Assembly: GCA_043228905.1 (NCBI GenBank)
Contig: JBHGNT010000016.1
Location: 4,278,001-4,342,000 of the forward strand
Direction of reading: 5' to 3'
DNA: 64,000 nucleotides
Origin: Azolla caroliniana
Taxonomy: Eukaryota > Plantae > Polypodiophyta
A program made the translations under genes and the position numbers. Under the pieces are notes generated by a model, which saw only the letters and a list, made by a program, of their open reading frames with translations, did not search any database and was not told the DNA's origin. This document shows positions 1-12,680 of the stretch, one piece after another. Every line of letters begins with the position of its first letter. The stretch's first letter is position 1.

Positions 1-1729
1 CCTTACGAGCTTCACTATTAAACCAAAATATTTGTTTTGCATAGTTATAGACAAACATGGTTGATATTGATTTTTCAGATGTTTGATGTCAAGGGTTATT
101 TGGAAATTTATGTCTATATTGTAGGAGTCAAAGGCACGTTCAATGATTATTTTGCAGATTGGTTTTGCAAGACCCTGAATAGTGTCCCCGGATCTCGATC
201 TATCATATGGTAATGTTATTAATGTATCTCCCTCCCCGAGGATATCTCCAGAAGTTTTCTGAAATCACCAAAGGACATATCTGCATTGGGATTGTCCACT
301 AGCATACACTGTCCAATAATTTATATGTCAGTACTATCTCATCCTACTTTACAGAATTTTTCACTGAAGTTCTTTTGGCATGGTTGTGGATTTTCAGCCA
401 TTGGCTATCTTTTTATGTTCTTTTCTCCTTGTTGGAGACTTTGAGGGGGTTGACATAGTAGGATTTAGGGATTTGTAGGTTGGCACTTCATTTGCACTAG
501 CCTTTATCACACGATTGTGTAGGTCCATAATGATGTATTTAGAGACAAGGGATGCCATGGAACCTTGATTGACTTGTGTTGAAATGGTGGATAGTTTAGG
601 GAAAAGACGCATCAGTTTGAGGGAAATGGTAGCATTCGCGTAAGAAAAACACCCTCATAGAATGATAAATACCATACTTTTGGATTAACTATTTATTATG
701 GGGTAAATAAGCCTAAAAAATGGGAAAAAACAAAAAAATGCCATTAAAAAAATGGGAATAAAACAAAAAAAAACACAAGAATGTTTGAATAACATTCGCA
801 TTCGTTTTCCAATGTAGGAAAACAAATGTTATGCTAGACGAACACAAATTTTACGTACTATGGAACTTTCAACAAGAAGTATGATATCCAATTCATTGGT
901 AGACTCCAATATGTCAAATTCAACATTCCACGGGTATCCATTACAATTCCAAAAGCATAGATATAGAATACACAAAATAGTCTCATAGGTCACGTGTCCC
1001 TATTTGCCTATCTTTTCGTCTTTGCACATATCCTTAACTTATTTTTCCAATTTTCTACATATGCTTGCAACTTTAGAATGGCATTTTGTTGTGAGATAGC
1101 TTGATCCTCACTCATAAAGCATTATGTAACTTTGAGGTGCACCCAACTACTTTTTCAAGTATGATCCTAAACATTGGCCAGCATGCGTACAATAGGTTTT
1201 TCTCCTGAACATGTTACATCATATTCCCCAACTCGGTGTGCCCCATGCACATTCACATCTGATGTACCATAATGCATAAAAAAATAACATTGATGACCTT
1301 CTCAAGGGATGTGAGAGTTTCCATACTCTCTTCTTTAATCCTAGGGATGAGAATATTCTTTGATCAATGTTCATGTTCTTTCAATTCTTGAACATCTATA
1401 CTTTCCAAAATCTTTTTTTGATTTATCACATTTGTAATAGCCAAATTAAAGATGATATGCACACGACATACATTGACATACGTTTTATTATGCATACATT
1501 TTTCATTTCACTTACATCGCGCCTCATTTTCCAATTTTCCTCTTTCAATACTTCTTTTTGTTTGAACTTGTTTAAATGCTCACTTGTTTCTAATGAAGCT
1601 TGCTTGCATTCTCTAATCTCATGTTTAAGTTTTGCAAACGTTTTCTTACAACTCACATTCTCAATAACAATAATGTATAGTTTTGCATTCTCTTCCATTA
1701 GTGCCCTAATCTCTTCACATTGGATCATC

Positions 1730-2985
1730 TAGCAACCCCTAAGTGCTTGGGGGAAGCTGGAATATTTGACTTATCTATGTGTCGGAACAAGGGTTTAACT
1801 CATGGGAGGATTGTTGGCATAAAAGGCAGACTCCTTCCAAATTGTATCTAGGACAACGGTTAAGGTTTCATGGTGGCAATTACTGAACATATGTATTTTC
1901 ATTTAAGATTCCTGGTTCTTCGTGTGTTCAAAAGTTGGTTATCTCATGGTAGGAAGCACTCTCGGCAAAAAGAGTTACATGTGTCTTCTCAGTTATTATG
2001 TTGGCCTAGAAAGGAGAAATTGTGCACTTAGTTTAATTGTTTGCTTCATTTGGGGGTCAAAGAGGTGTGAGAGATAGTTGAGGTTCTATCTCAAAGAATT
2101 TTGAAGTTTGTTGAATCGCCACAATTATAATTATGCATCTCGCCCAATTATGGTTTTTTTTGGCAACAACTACAAAATATTGTATTGATGCAAGGTCCTT
2201 TACCTTTAGAAATAGAAGCCCAACCGTGGATTACTTGGTGTTTACGGAACTAGACACCATTTTTACAAGTGACTGCTAATCTTTTGTATCATTGCTCTGT
2301 TGAGTCTCTTCGATGGCTATCATCTAAGGTTGAAGAATGATGGAAATACATAGTTGTAATCATGGATGGTGGCAAATCTTAAAATGTAGCTAACATTGTA
2401 AATTACCACTTGTAGCGAATATCTTCATTTATAGAGTTTTGATTGGGGGCTTGCCTCTGGGATTATCTCTAAAGCCACGTGGAGTAGCAATAGGCAACTT
2501 ATTCTTTTGCAATGTTCCAATGGAAGATGACACTTATCGTTTTCTTACAATGTCCTATTGCTTGTTAGATTTGGAGTTACATTTCTCAAAATTTGGCAAG
2601 TTTTATCACAATGTTATTTGACGCCAAGACAATGGGTGTTTGCACAATTCACACAGGTTGACCCGAAATTAGACATGGAGATATTCTTGAAAAAATAAAT
2701 AAATTAGAGATGGAGATAGTTTTCCTATTTATGAGGTATTGGGGATTGCGTCAAAATTGGGATATGCGCAATGCCTTTGTATTTGATGGTAGGCATAGAG
2801 TCAAAGCATATCTATGAAAGTTGAAGTAAGTACTAATCTAGATTTTTTCTTTTATTGGAGTAAGTAGAAACCCTTTCCTCAATAGAGTGTTTGTCTTGCC
2901 TATTGGCAATTCAACATGTTCCACTACCCATGTAGTTAGGGGGGTGACCATACGCCATTGTGACACCCATTGTAAGTAGTGTTTT
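1730..2985 (+). mobile_element. Degenerate L1-type LINE, ORF2 3' portion (zf-RVT region)
   Basis: Collinear similarity to 16540-17790 (e.g. shared TTTGGGGGTCAAAGAG...TCTCAAAGAATTTTG). Remnant IGGLPLG..LK.RG....FFC....E...F..C zf-RVT-like motif and W..RNAFVF. Many stops; boundaries approximate. Confidence 0.6.
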
Positions 2986-3111
2986 TCATATGCATTTATT
3001 AATATAATTGTGTGTGTTTCACCAAAGAGAGATAGATTGATAATATTATCCGTCTTCCCTTTAACCTTATTTTTCAATCTTTCTTCATATGCTTTACGAC
3101 GGGCATTTTGT

Positions 3112-3144
3112 TGTGTGTGTGTGTGTGTGAGTGAGAGAGAGAGA
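3112..3144. repeat. (GT)n(GA)n compound microsatellite
   Basis: Directly visible. Confidence 0.9.
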
Positions 3145-3153
3145 GCCCAGATA

Positions 3154-3224
3154 TGGATGTAGCTCAGTTGGTAATGTTGCCCAATGGAGACCAGGTGGTC
3201 ATGGGTTCAACCCCTACATTGCAC
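3154..3224 (+). mobile_element. tRNA-derived SINE head or tRNA pseudogene
   Basis: A-box TAGCTCAGTTGG (3160-3171) and B-box GGTTCAACCC (3204-3213) at tRNA spacing; no good anticodon arm. Confidence 0.55.
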
Positions 3225-3462
3225 AGTGGCATCTAGTGAAATAGGGGATATCTATGGAGTAATAGAGAGGTGAGAAAATTGGGTTTCGAACCCAAGATGT
3301 AGTGCTAGTATGTAATGTAAACGATTACGATAAAAAAAGAGAGAGGGGAGAGAGGGAGAGAGAGGGAGGGAGGTTTTCGTGACTTACGATTGAATGAAGG
3401 GTCTTTGAGATGTGTGATGGATTGAAGTTCTAGAAACGTGTTTTTGGGAGAACAAAAGGAAA

Positions 3463-3640
3463 ATACTTGCGGAGCGGAGTTGTTTTGGTGTGGGTGTGTC
3501 GTGGTGTAAGTTAGGGCACGAGGAAAAGGGCAGAGAGAAATAAAGAGAAGGAACATACTTGCGGAGCGGAGTTGTTTTGGTGTGGGTGTGTGTCGTGGTG
3601 TAAGTTAGTGCACGAGGAAAAGGGCACAGAGAAATAAAGA
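3463..3640. repeat. Tandem duplication (~92-bp period) upstream of G6PD
   Basis: ATACTTGCGGAGCGGAGTTGTTTTGGTGTGGGTGTG...GAGAAATAAAGA occurs at 3463 and 3555. Confidence 0.9.
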
Positions 3641-3660
3641 TAGTGGGGTAAGTTAAGTCT

Positions 3661-3736
3661 TATGTATGTATGTGTGTATGTATGCGATGTATGTATGTAT
3701 GTATGTATAATGTATGTATGTATGTATGTATGTATG
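3661..3736. repeat. (TATG)n microsatellite
   Basis: Directly visible, imperfect. Confidence 0.9.
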
Positions 3737-3835
3737 GGTGGACATGGGGCCACTTGTCGTCATCACAATCGCCCCTGCCCACCCCTCCCCTTCAGACTTT
3801 AACACGGCTACCTGTCTCTGCCCCCCCTTCGCCCC

Positions 3836-3844
3836 AAACCCTAA
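3836..3844 (+). promoter_or_regulatory. Telo-box (AAACCCTAA) near the probable G6PD transcription start
   Basis: Exact motif ~50 nt upstream of the 5'UTR intron donor; typical of plant housekeeping gene 5' regions. Confidence 0.5.
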
Positions 3845-3890
3845 ATCAAAATACACTCCCCCAACAGAAGACTCAGATCAGAGATCAGAG

Positions 3891-4020
3891 GTAAGTGATT
3901 TCCGTTGATCTTTGTTCTCTCTGTTTCGCCATTAGATCTGGCTATGTAGATCCGAAGTTTACAGATTTCTATGATTTGGAGTTGGTTTGACCAATCTCTC
4001 TCTTTTTGCATCCCAAACAG
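3891..4020 (+). other. Probable 5'UTR intron of G6PD
   Basis: AG|GTAAGT donor at 3891; pyrimidine tract and CAG acceptor at 4020, 20 nt before the ATG. Confidence 0.7.
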
Positions 4021-4040
4021 TATTGGAATTTTGTACGAGT

Positions 4041-7000
4041 ATGGCCCCGACAGCTACTCTTGAAACAATAGATAGCTCGGTCATCGCCCCGCCTCTCCCG
4101 TGCAAGGGCTTGGCAGAGATGGGAAGTGATGGTGGAGAAATCACAAATCCTCGAGCTTCAGAGTCCTCGCTTTCTATAATTGTCTTTGGTGCTTCTGGCG
4201 ATCTCGCAAAGAAGAAGACTTTCCCTGCCCTATTCAATCTTTATCGACATGTAATGTCTCACTCCATACACTGAATGTAATTCTCTGTGATTGCTCAAAG
4301 AGCCTCAGGAATGGTTTTGTATTTCTGGATTTTACTCTATTGATTTCGAATTCTACAGGGTTTTTTACCTCATGAACAAGTGAGGATTTTTGGATATGCA
4401 AGGTCGCCTCTCACAGATGAAGCCCTGCGAGATCGACTACGTGGGTATGAGCACTGAGAAAAAATGCTCTGTATAAAAGATTTCTCATCTGATTGTAACT
4501 AATATAAACTGGTGGTAATATATTTAGAAAAACAAACATAAAGAAAAGTTTTTGTGTATCCTGCATCATACATCTAAGTTGACTACAATGCCTAATCGGC
4601 TGTGTTTAGCACATGATTCCCAGACATTCAATAACGTATAGAACTCCTCTACCAAGTCCAGGCCCATGGAAACTCAGGTACTGGGTACTCCATTATTTTT
4701 CACTATCTGTACAAGACAACATTGTTGACTCCTACATTGAACTGACCTCCTTGATATATTGAAAGTTATATAAATCTGAGACCATTTTACCAAGAGCTGG
4801 GGAATCTATGGCATATACGAACCTAGAATAGTGCTATTGAAGAATGGATGAAGATAGATATTTCTTCACTTAGATTTTTAACCCATCACGAAATATGGAG
4901 GTTCAAGTCTCTATGAAGAGCACTCATGCTTGACTCATTTTTCTTGTATGAGCTCATTGTAATGATGACATTCCAGTGACAACCAAGCTAGTATTGAACT
5001 GGCCTATGGAATGTCTAGAGGGCAGTAAAACCTAATTGAACCACCTTCACCTAAAATTTACTGGCAGAGAAATCTTATATAAATGAAAAAGAACTCCTTA
5101 GAGAATAGACTCACTAAGATTAAATTGTCTTGAAGACGGAGGTTGACACTCTGCTAGCCCCAAAGACTACATACCTTTGGATGTTCCTTCATTGATAATT
5201 GATAGAGAATGATGTATAAGATAGTGTCCCCAAGCCGTTTCAGACTATCCAACAAGTGAAATTCCTATGTGCAGTCCATTGAACATAGTAGAAAAAAGAG
5301 AAAGTAAGCTGCAGTACTTGTATATTTAGCACTCTTAAATACCACTCCATCAATTTAAAGTAGCATTTTGAGTGGTACACAGAGAAAGGTTTATCTTGAG
5401 GAAGGTAAGTCTTTCTCATGCTTTTTAAGTTGTTCAAACCCATCTTGAAAAGTTCGAAACATTCTTATTTGATGCACATATCATCACACACACAATGCCC
5501 AATTCTAACTGAATTAACCATATGCTGATCCATGGGCCATTCAGCAATGACTTATCTTGTTTAGCATCCATTGGGACTCATCTATTTCATACTGGCCATG
5601 CGAGGTGTTCTTTGAGCCCTTAAAGATTCAGAAGAATGATTGATTGCACGCAATCCATCGAGAAATGATGGATCTTAATTTACTTGATTATTTTGTGGGA
5701 GGTCCGCATTAATATTGAAATTCATGGATATTAAGCATAGAACAAATTTTCTAGCTGAATATGTTCAATTTATTTGATTGAGGCCATTCTCCCTGGGGGA
5801 AAGCCCTTCTTTGGAATGGGACCCTGTGGGGATTCTGTAGAAACCACATTCTTAATTAAAGAGATATGAATTCTTTAAAGGGGGTCTTTATTCCATGCAC
5901 ACAGATACCTAAAGGTGGGACGTACAGACCCAACGACAAATCCAGAAACTATTGTAACTGCGTTTCTCGACTTGGTAAGTGCTCTTAATTGAAGAATCAT
6001 ACTGTAATCTGGTGGCATCTTGATATGATGGCTCGTGTCTGTTACTTTCTGCAATCATGCACAGGTTAGCTATGTCTCAGGCTCATATGATACTGAAGAA
6101 GGGTATGTTAAACTGGAAGCAGCCATCACAGAACAGGAGGATAGAGAAGGAGAGAATGCACAAACCCGAAGATTATTTTACCTTGCTTTGCCACCGTCTG
6201 TGTATCCGGTTGTAAGTGAGATGATCAAGAAATATTGTATGAACAAACGTAAGTGCACTATGAATGGTCTGCATGTGCTTATGGAAAATTTAGCTGAAAA
6301 TGAACGTGCATAGAAATATGGACATGGGATGTAAACTGTAGGTGGGTGGACCCGGATAGTGGTAGAGAAACCTTTTGGGAAAGATTTAGCATCGTCAGAT
6401 GAATTGAGTGATCACCTAGGGAAGCTTTTTACGGAGGATGAAATATACCGGATAGACCATTACTTGGGCAAGGAAATAGTTCAGAATCTGGTAATTAAAC
6501 TTTCTACTGGATTACAGTTACAATGTCTTTATAAATGTAGTGATTCTTAACTTGAAAACAGTAACTTTGCAGCTTGTCATGCGCTTTGCAAATCGTTTTT
6601 TTCTGCCACTTTGGAATCGGGACAATATTGACAACATTCAGGTAGCTCCAAGCTTTTAGTAGAAGATCTTCCACAGTTTGTTCAAATTAAATGAACACTT
6701 TCCTTGCTGATAAATTATAATGTGTATGGTTGTATTTCTTTACTTATATCAATATTATCTAGTGGAAGTGTGTAAGGATCTTCTTGTTCAAAGAAAACTG
6801 AGTAGTTTTTGTTTTCTAACAAATACTGTAAGAAAATATGCAGATAGTATTTAAGGAAGACTTTGGAACTCAGGGCCGGGGAGGCTATTTTGATGAATAT
6901 GGGTAATTTCTTTCCCTTCAAATGAAGTAATTTGTTCCTAAATGATTCTGTAAGGGTGATATATTATTTTGTCAAAATGTAAAACCTATCAAATAACTTT

Positions 7001-7098
7001 GTAACAAAATTGTTAACTTTTCTCACACAGTATAGTTCGGGACATTATTCAAAATCATCTTCTGCAGGTAATTTTATTCATGCCTTACAAATTTTGTA

Positions 7099-7134
<36 letters not shown>

Positions 7135-9090
7135 ACTTTTATTGCTTATATGAAGTCATTATTCATGAGCAGGTCCTGTGCTTAGTGGCTATGGAAAAAC
7201 CCGTGTCTTTAAATCCAGAAGATATAAGAGACGAGAAAGTCAAGGTATATACAGAATGGAGACAATAATAGCTCACATCAGTAGGGCTTGGTTGTATGTA
7301 TGCATAAGGTTAACACAGGAAACACTATATAATCTATCCAGGTATTGAAAGCTGTTCAACCTATTAGAGATGATGAAGTGGTCCTTGGACAATATGATGG
7401 TTACCTGGATGATCCAACTGTACCAACGGGTTCCAACACTCCAACTTTTGCAACTATCATCCTCCGCATTCATAATGAACGATGGGATGGTGTGTTCTTC
7501 CTACAGATTTGATGCTATACATTGTGTTGTTGTATGTGGTTTTATTGCTAGCAAAATGCTGGCATAATTATGACTATCTTTAAATTATAAATCTAAATTT
7601 ATATTATTTATGATTATTTGGATCGAAGGTGTTCCCTTCATCTTGAAAGCTGGGAAGGCACTTGACAGCCGAAAAGCAGAAATCCGAGTGCAATTCAAGG
7701 ATGTACCTGGTGATATTTATAAATGTATGTGTTTTATTTTAAAAGGCTTTTATATTGAGTGCACTTAAGATCTAGGTTCTAACCATATACGGTGGTGGTA
7801 TCATCTTTAACGATGATGTGGTGGTATTCTTTGTTTTAACATCATGGACAGGCCAAAAACAAGGACGGAATGAGTTTGTAATGAGGTTACAACCATCAGA
7901 GGCCATGTACATGAAACTTACGGTATTACCATTAGCACAAAGAAGTTAGTTTTACGTTTTTTGAAGTATCCAGTAATGTTTAGTTATGCTTTTGATTGTG
8001 AAATTGTGTATTAATACCATGCATATAGGATGTGTATACAGATTATTAGTTGCACTAACTGAATCCTTTTTGTGAATGCTATGTAGGTTAAGCAACCTGG
8101 GTTAGAGATGTCGGCAACCCAAAGTGAACTTGATCTATCATATCAACAGCGGTATCAAGATATTGTTATTCCAGAAGCTTATGAGCGACTGATACTTGAT
8201 ACGTAAGCTCTGCATTCAATATGGATAAATTTTTGACAGCATATACTGTTAACGACCCTGGAAGCAAGATTTTGATGCATACCAAGTATACACTTGAAAG
8301 GATTTTCCTTTGTAGTGTTTGTGTCTTATTCTGTTTGTTTTCTCAATCGTGCAAAACAGAATCCGTGGAGATCAGCAACATTTTGTGAGAAGAGATGAAC
8401 TACGGGTAAGTGGTAAAACAAAGTCGGAAGTGAGGTGCATATCTGTGTCCATTTATTCCTTTATAGAAGCAGATGTATTGTGTTGGAATTATCCCTAAAT
8501 GTTATGCTTCTGTCGATAACAAAACCCCTCCTACGCCACATTTTCCCCTTCAACTCTGTAGATTGAAGATTAAAGTAATGCTACCATATCTGCTAAAGCG
8601 AACATGGATTATTATCCTTGCCTGCATTATCTATAGGAGGAACACAGGGATATTTTGTGTGTAACATACTAACATACATAATGGGTTCAGTGTTCACTAG
8701 GACACAAACATATACATGCTCTTCATCATCAGTATAGCATCCCTAAATATCCTCTTGAGCATAACCAACAGAAAATGTGACAGTAGGTCACTGAAATAAA
8801 ACAGTTCTGTTGTGTATGTGATTTATCATTGCTGAAAATGCTGTTGTGTACCATGACTAATCTCTTGATGAAAATTTAAAAAGGTGTGCTAACGTAAAAA
8901 ACCTTAATAGGCGGCTTGGGAGATATTTACACCTTTGCTACACCGAATTGACAATGGAAAACTCAAGTCAATAGTCTACAAAGAAGGTGGGAGAGGGCCA
9001 GTAGAATCCGATGAACTTACAGAAAAGGCTGGCTATGTGCGCACACATGGCTATATTTGGATTCCACCCTCCTTGAAATCTCAAGTGTGA
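4041..9090 (+). CDS. G6PD: Glucose-6-phosphate 1-dehydrogenase, cytosolic type (530 aa, 15 coding exons)
   Basis: Exons 4041-4250, 4359-4444, 5905-5974, 6065-6248, 6342-6490, 6573-6641, 6844-6902, 7031-7067, 7173-7244, 7342-7489, 7629-7724, 7852-7922, 8087-8202, 8360-8405, 8911-9090; all GT-AG and phase-consistent (1593 nt). Motifs [40 protein letters not shown]; C-terminal [10 protein letters not shown] is typical of plant cytosolic isoforms. Confidence 0.96.
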
Positions 9091-9215
9091 GTTGAATTTT
9101 TGTGAAGTAAGAAAATAGCGTTTGTAATAAGTAAAATGCTGTCATATTTCTATATCTAATTGACAGATTTTGTCAATCTTAACCTTATATTGACCCTTGA
9201 CTAATGTGTAGGAGA

Positions 9216-9292
9216 GTGTATAAAAATGTATGAGAAGCTATTTTAAATTTGCATGTATAAAATGTATGAGAAGCTATTTTAAAATTGCATAT
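9216..9292. repeat. Short tandem duplication downstream of the G6PD stop
   Basis: TGTATAAAA(A)TGTATGAGAAGCTATTTTAAA.TTGCAT occurs twice. Confidence 0.8.
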
Positions 9293-10115
9293 GTCATCTG
9301 TACTTGCATGAGTTCTTTGGTTTGGCTAGAGGTGGGGTGCCTACGTATAGTATGGGCACATTTCATATTAATTTTAACGTATTAATATGGGTTAATACCT
9401 CCCAAACTGGAGTTATGCTAAATACGTTTTTCATGATTGTGGAATATGTTTAAAAACACATGAAATATGTGTTTTATATACAGTATGTCAAATTTGTCAT
9501 GTCATTCTCAAAACAAAGTTATAGTGACTAGTCTAAAATAGTTTGCATTTATGATTGATTTTATAATTTTAAACAATGGATCATGCTATGTTGCACCTTA
9601 AGTTGATCACTTCAATAGTGGTATTTAAGATGTACGAGTCTCGTAAAGCAATTTGAGTAAGTCCAACACCAAATATGGCTTACTTTGAAAATAACAAGAT
9701 TGTGTTAAACAACTATAATAATGTATTCAAACTATTTCATGTAGGTATTAACTTTTAAGGAACAACACAACATCATTTAGGCATCAACAAGCAATGCAAG
9801 AAGTCCATATGTTTATTATCAATGCAAACTTTTTTAACTACCTACAAAAAATGCACCAAACTCTTCAACTTCAACTTTTTTTAAACATGTAAAAAATGCA
9901 CTTAAATATTCAATTAAAAAGGATGAAAATGTGACTTAAATCTTTTTTTTTTTATATGTAAGTCTTTATCTCTAACATTTGAGAGGCTGTAACTTGTAAT
10001 TATATGTTGGAAATAGAGTATGCTTAGGACATGAAAGGAGGGAAGGAAAAAGGGAAAGTATTTGTTAGGGATAATTATCAGATATATTTGAATAGTAGGT
10101 GTATATTTTGGGTCC

Positions 10116-10490
10116 TTTTTTTTTTTTCCAAAAAAACACTACTTCCCATTAGTTAGCAAAAGAATTACATCGAAGAACAGCCATAATCAAAACAGCATAA
10201 TCCTCACCTAACTATTTACAACAAGAGTAACCCACTGCCTCTTTTTACATAGTGACCACCATGGTGACCACATATTCACAACGAAGCCAATGGCGGAAAC
10301 AACCATCTTGGTGCTTGGTAATTCCATTTAGGACCAGACGCTGAATTAACCATCATAGGAGAGCGACCCCATTTCAGCAAAAACTTTGAGCGAGCCCTGT
10401 CTGCTGCATCCGAGTTCCCTTCAATTGAGTTGTACTGTCCGCGCAGCCAAGATACCAGCTCGAACCAAATGTTTAGCAACACCTCACCGC
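10116..10490 (-). mobile_element. Probable 5'-truncated LINE 3' end with poly(A) tail
   Basis: Open minus-strand 68-aa segment (10276-10482) with W-rich LINE-like C-terminus, ~150-nt 3'UTR and a T12 run at 10116-10127; more GC-rich than the flanks. No TSD found. Confidence 0.4.
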
Positions 10491-12284
10491 TTGGGAGTTT
10501 GGAGTTTGGAGTTTTGTTTTTAAGACAAGTAAATGTATGTGTGAGTATTTTGTATTGTAGTATGGCAAAGTATGGTATTAAACCAAAATATAATCAATTT
10601 GGCAAGGTAGCTTTAAGACAATATGTATAGTACCATCAATGAGGTATTTTGCATGCTTAAATGTTAAACATGCATCTGTTTACGACCTTTGAGGGGGTGC
10701 TTTCGTGGGATATTATCTTCACTTTGCATAACATGTTTTGAATTTATTTAGGTTGATGCTTGAAGGGCTATTTCTATGTAATTTATCTATACTTATTTTA
10801 GTTCAAGGTTTTGATTTGGGGGGGTGGGGGGGGGGGGGTGTAAATACTAAACAGGACGAGAAAAGAATTCAACACATAAACTAGCCCTTCAATCCCTTCA
10901 CTTTGACTTCACCTTAAGCCTTTTTGAATTCTTTGGTTGGATTAGGAAGTATCAAAGAAGCTTACCTTTTGCTGTAAGCATCAAGTTTACCGTATTGTGT
11001 ATTGTTGCATCCAATTGGGAAACATAATGCAATATGAGGTGGTGTTAACCCCCTAAATGCTGGCAATGGACTTTGTTTGGCGCTTTCTTTATGCACACTA
11101 TGAACATTAGTTTTTGGATGTGAGGCTAAATATAGTGAAGAGCTCTTTGATAACAATTGGAAGGGTTCATAGGTGGTTCCACTTTCTCTTTTAAATTTCT
11201 TTATCAAAAGTATCTTGGTTTAGTGTTCGTCCCATGTGCATCCAGATTTCGCTCATCATCATTGTTCAAGTCATAAATTATGTGATGCTAGATCGTGAAA
11301 CCCAATTATATAGATCAACCCATCACTTCATATACAACAAGGCATCAAGTAATAATCTATGTAGATTATAAGGTTATACATACATTCTTCATCACACTCA
11401 CTTGATGCCTCTATATGTCCATTGTCTCCTCTTTAATGTTTAGTTGCACTCAATCTTATTCAACACTAATTCATCTTCACACAAGATATGTTCTTCCTCA
11501 AGTTATGTCATTTCCATTTTTTACAATTTTTTTGCCACACTTCCAAAGAGTTTTTCCAACTCAAAAGGTGATGCATTTTCCACCACTGGAATGACTTGGT
11601 TGGACCAAATAGTTACTCTCAAGATAATCATGTGTTAATCACAACGTGAACACATTTCCTTTGTTGGTGTCCATCAAATGATTGTTAATATTTTCACACC
11701 TTCGGTTCACCTAATTTTTAAAATTAGCCCTCTCTAGCATAAAGGAACAAGTAGCATGGAATGGAGGGCTATGATTCTTTATCCACATTATCTACCTTTT
11801 GTTTCCTAGATCTTGTTATTTGATATATAAAAGGATACAATACACATGTGCGTATGTGTTTTCCTACCTTACAATTTACTCATATAGGCAACTTTTAGCA
11901 TTGCCATTAGGTATCACTAATAGCGCATCTCCATGTATCATTTAGGGCATGGCTTGACCCAGGGTGGGAGTGGAGGGTTATGATCATGTTGAGATTTCCA
12001 ATGTTAGTTCATTATCCTCCATTTCCAAGATCATGTTTTTCGGGGCAGGGTTTTGTATGGGATATGCATATACAAGGGTATTATTAGTACAGATCACACA
12101 CATAGGGTCATTCGCTGTTTGGCTAGCTACAAATTCGGAGAAATCCCAAATGATCTACCACATTGCTCCTCGAACCATACATGATAGTTGCCCATCATAC
12201 GGTTCTCTAACCCTACAACACCCGGATTAGATATATATCCTAGAGCCCCGCCTCCACTTTTTCAGCCTTTCCACACGTGCACAC

Positions 12285-12296
12285 GTCCACACGCGC

Positions 12297-12330
<34 letters not shown>
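12285..12330. repeat. (CA)n microsatellite upstream of HISN2
   Basis: Directly visible. Confidence 0.9.
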
Positions 12331-12332
<2 letters not shown>

Positions 12333-12502
12333 ACCAAGTTAGAGATTTGAACCCAGCACCATGCCAACTAAATTCCTTCACTAAGACAGAAATGAGTAAA
12401 AAAGATGGATCTTACTTACACTTTCAAGTTTCAATATCTACTGGTTTTAGTCCCCTGTTTTTTCTTCTGTTTTTTGCCACTTACAACAGGGAGAGGTTCA
12501 AA

Positions 12503-12647
12503 ATGGCTATGCTAGGCTCTTTCTTCTCCATGTTTTCCGCAGATTTACAGTGTAGGTTGTTGTTCTGCCCTTCTTCCATGTAAGTGCCTTCCCATTTTCC
12601 ACTACCGTGACTTGTGATCTCTGTTCTTGAATGACAGAAATTCTCGT

Positions 12648-12680
<33 letters not shown>

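Noticed and set aside
1-1728. Minus-strand ORFs 394-612 and 1426-1728 as host genes
   Set aside because: No splice structure or recognisable domain; likely decayed TE sequence that I cannot classify.
3154-3224. Functional tRNA gene
   Set aside because: D and anticodon arms do not pair properly and there is no T-run terminator; the same applies to the LTR cassettes.
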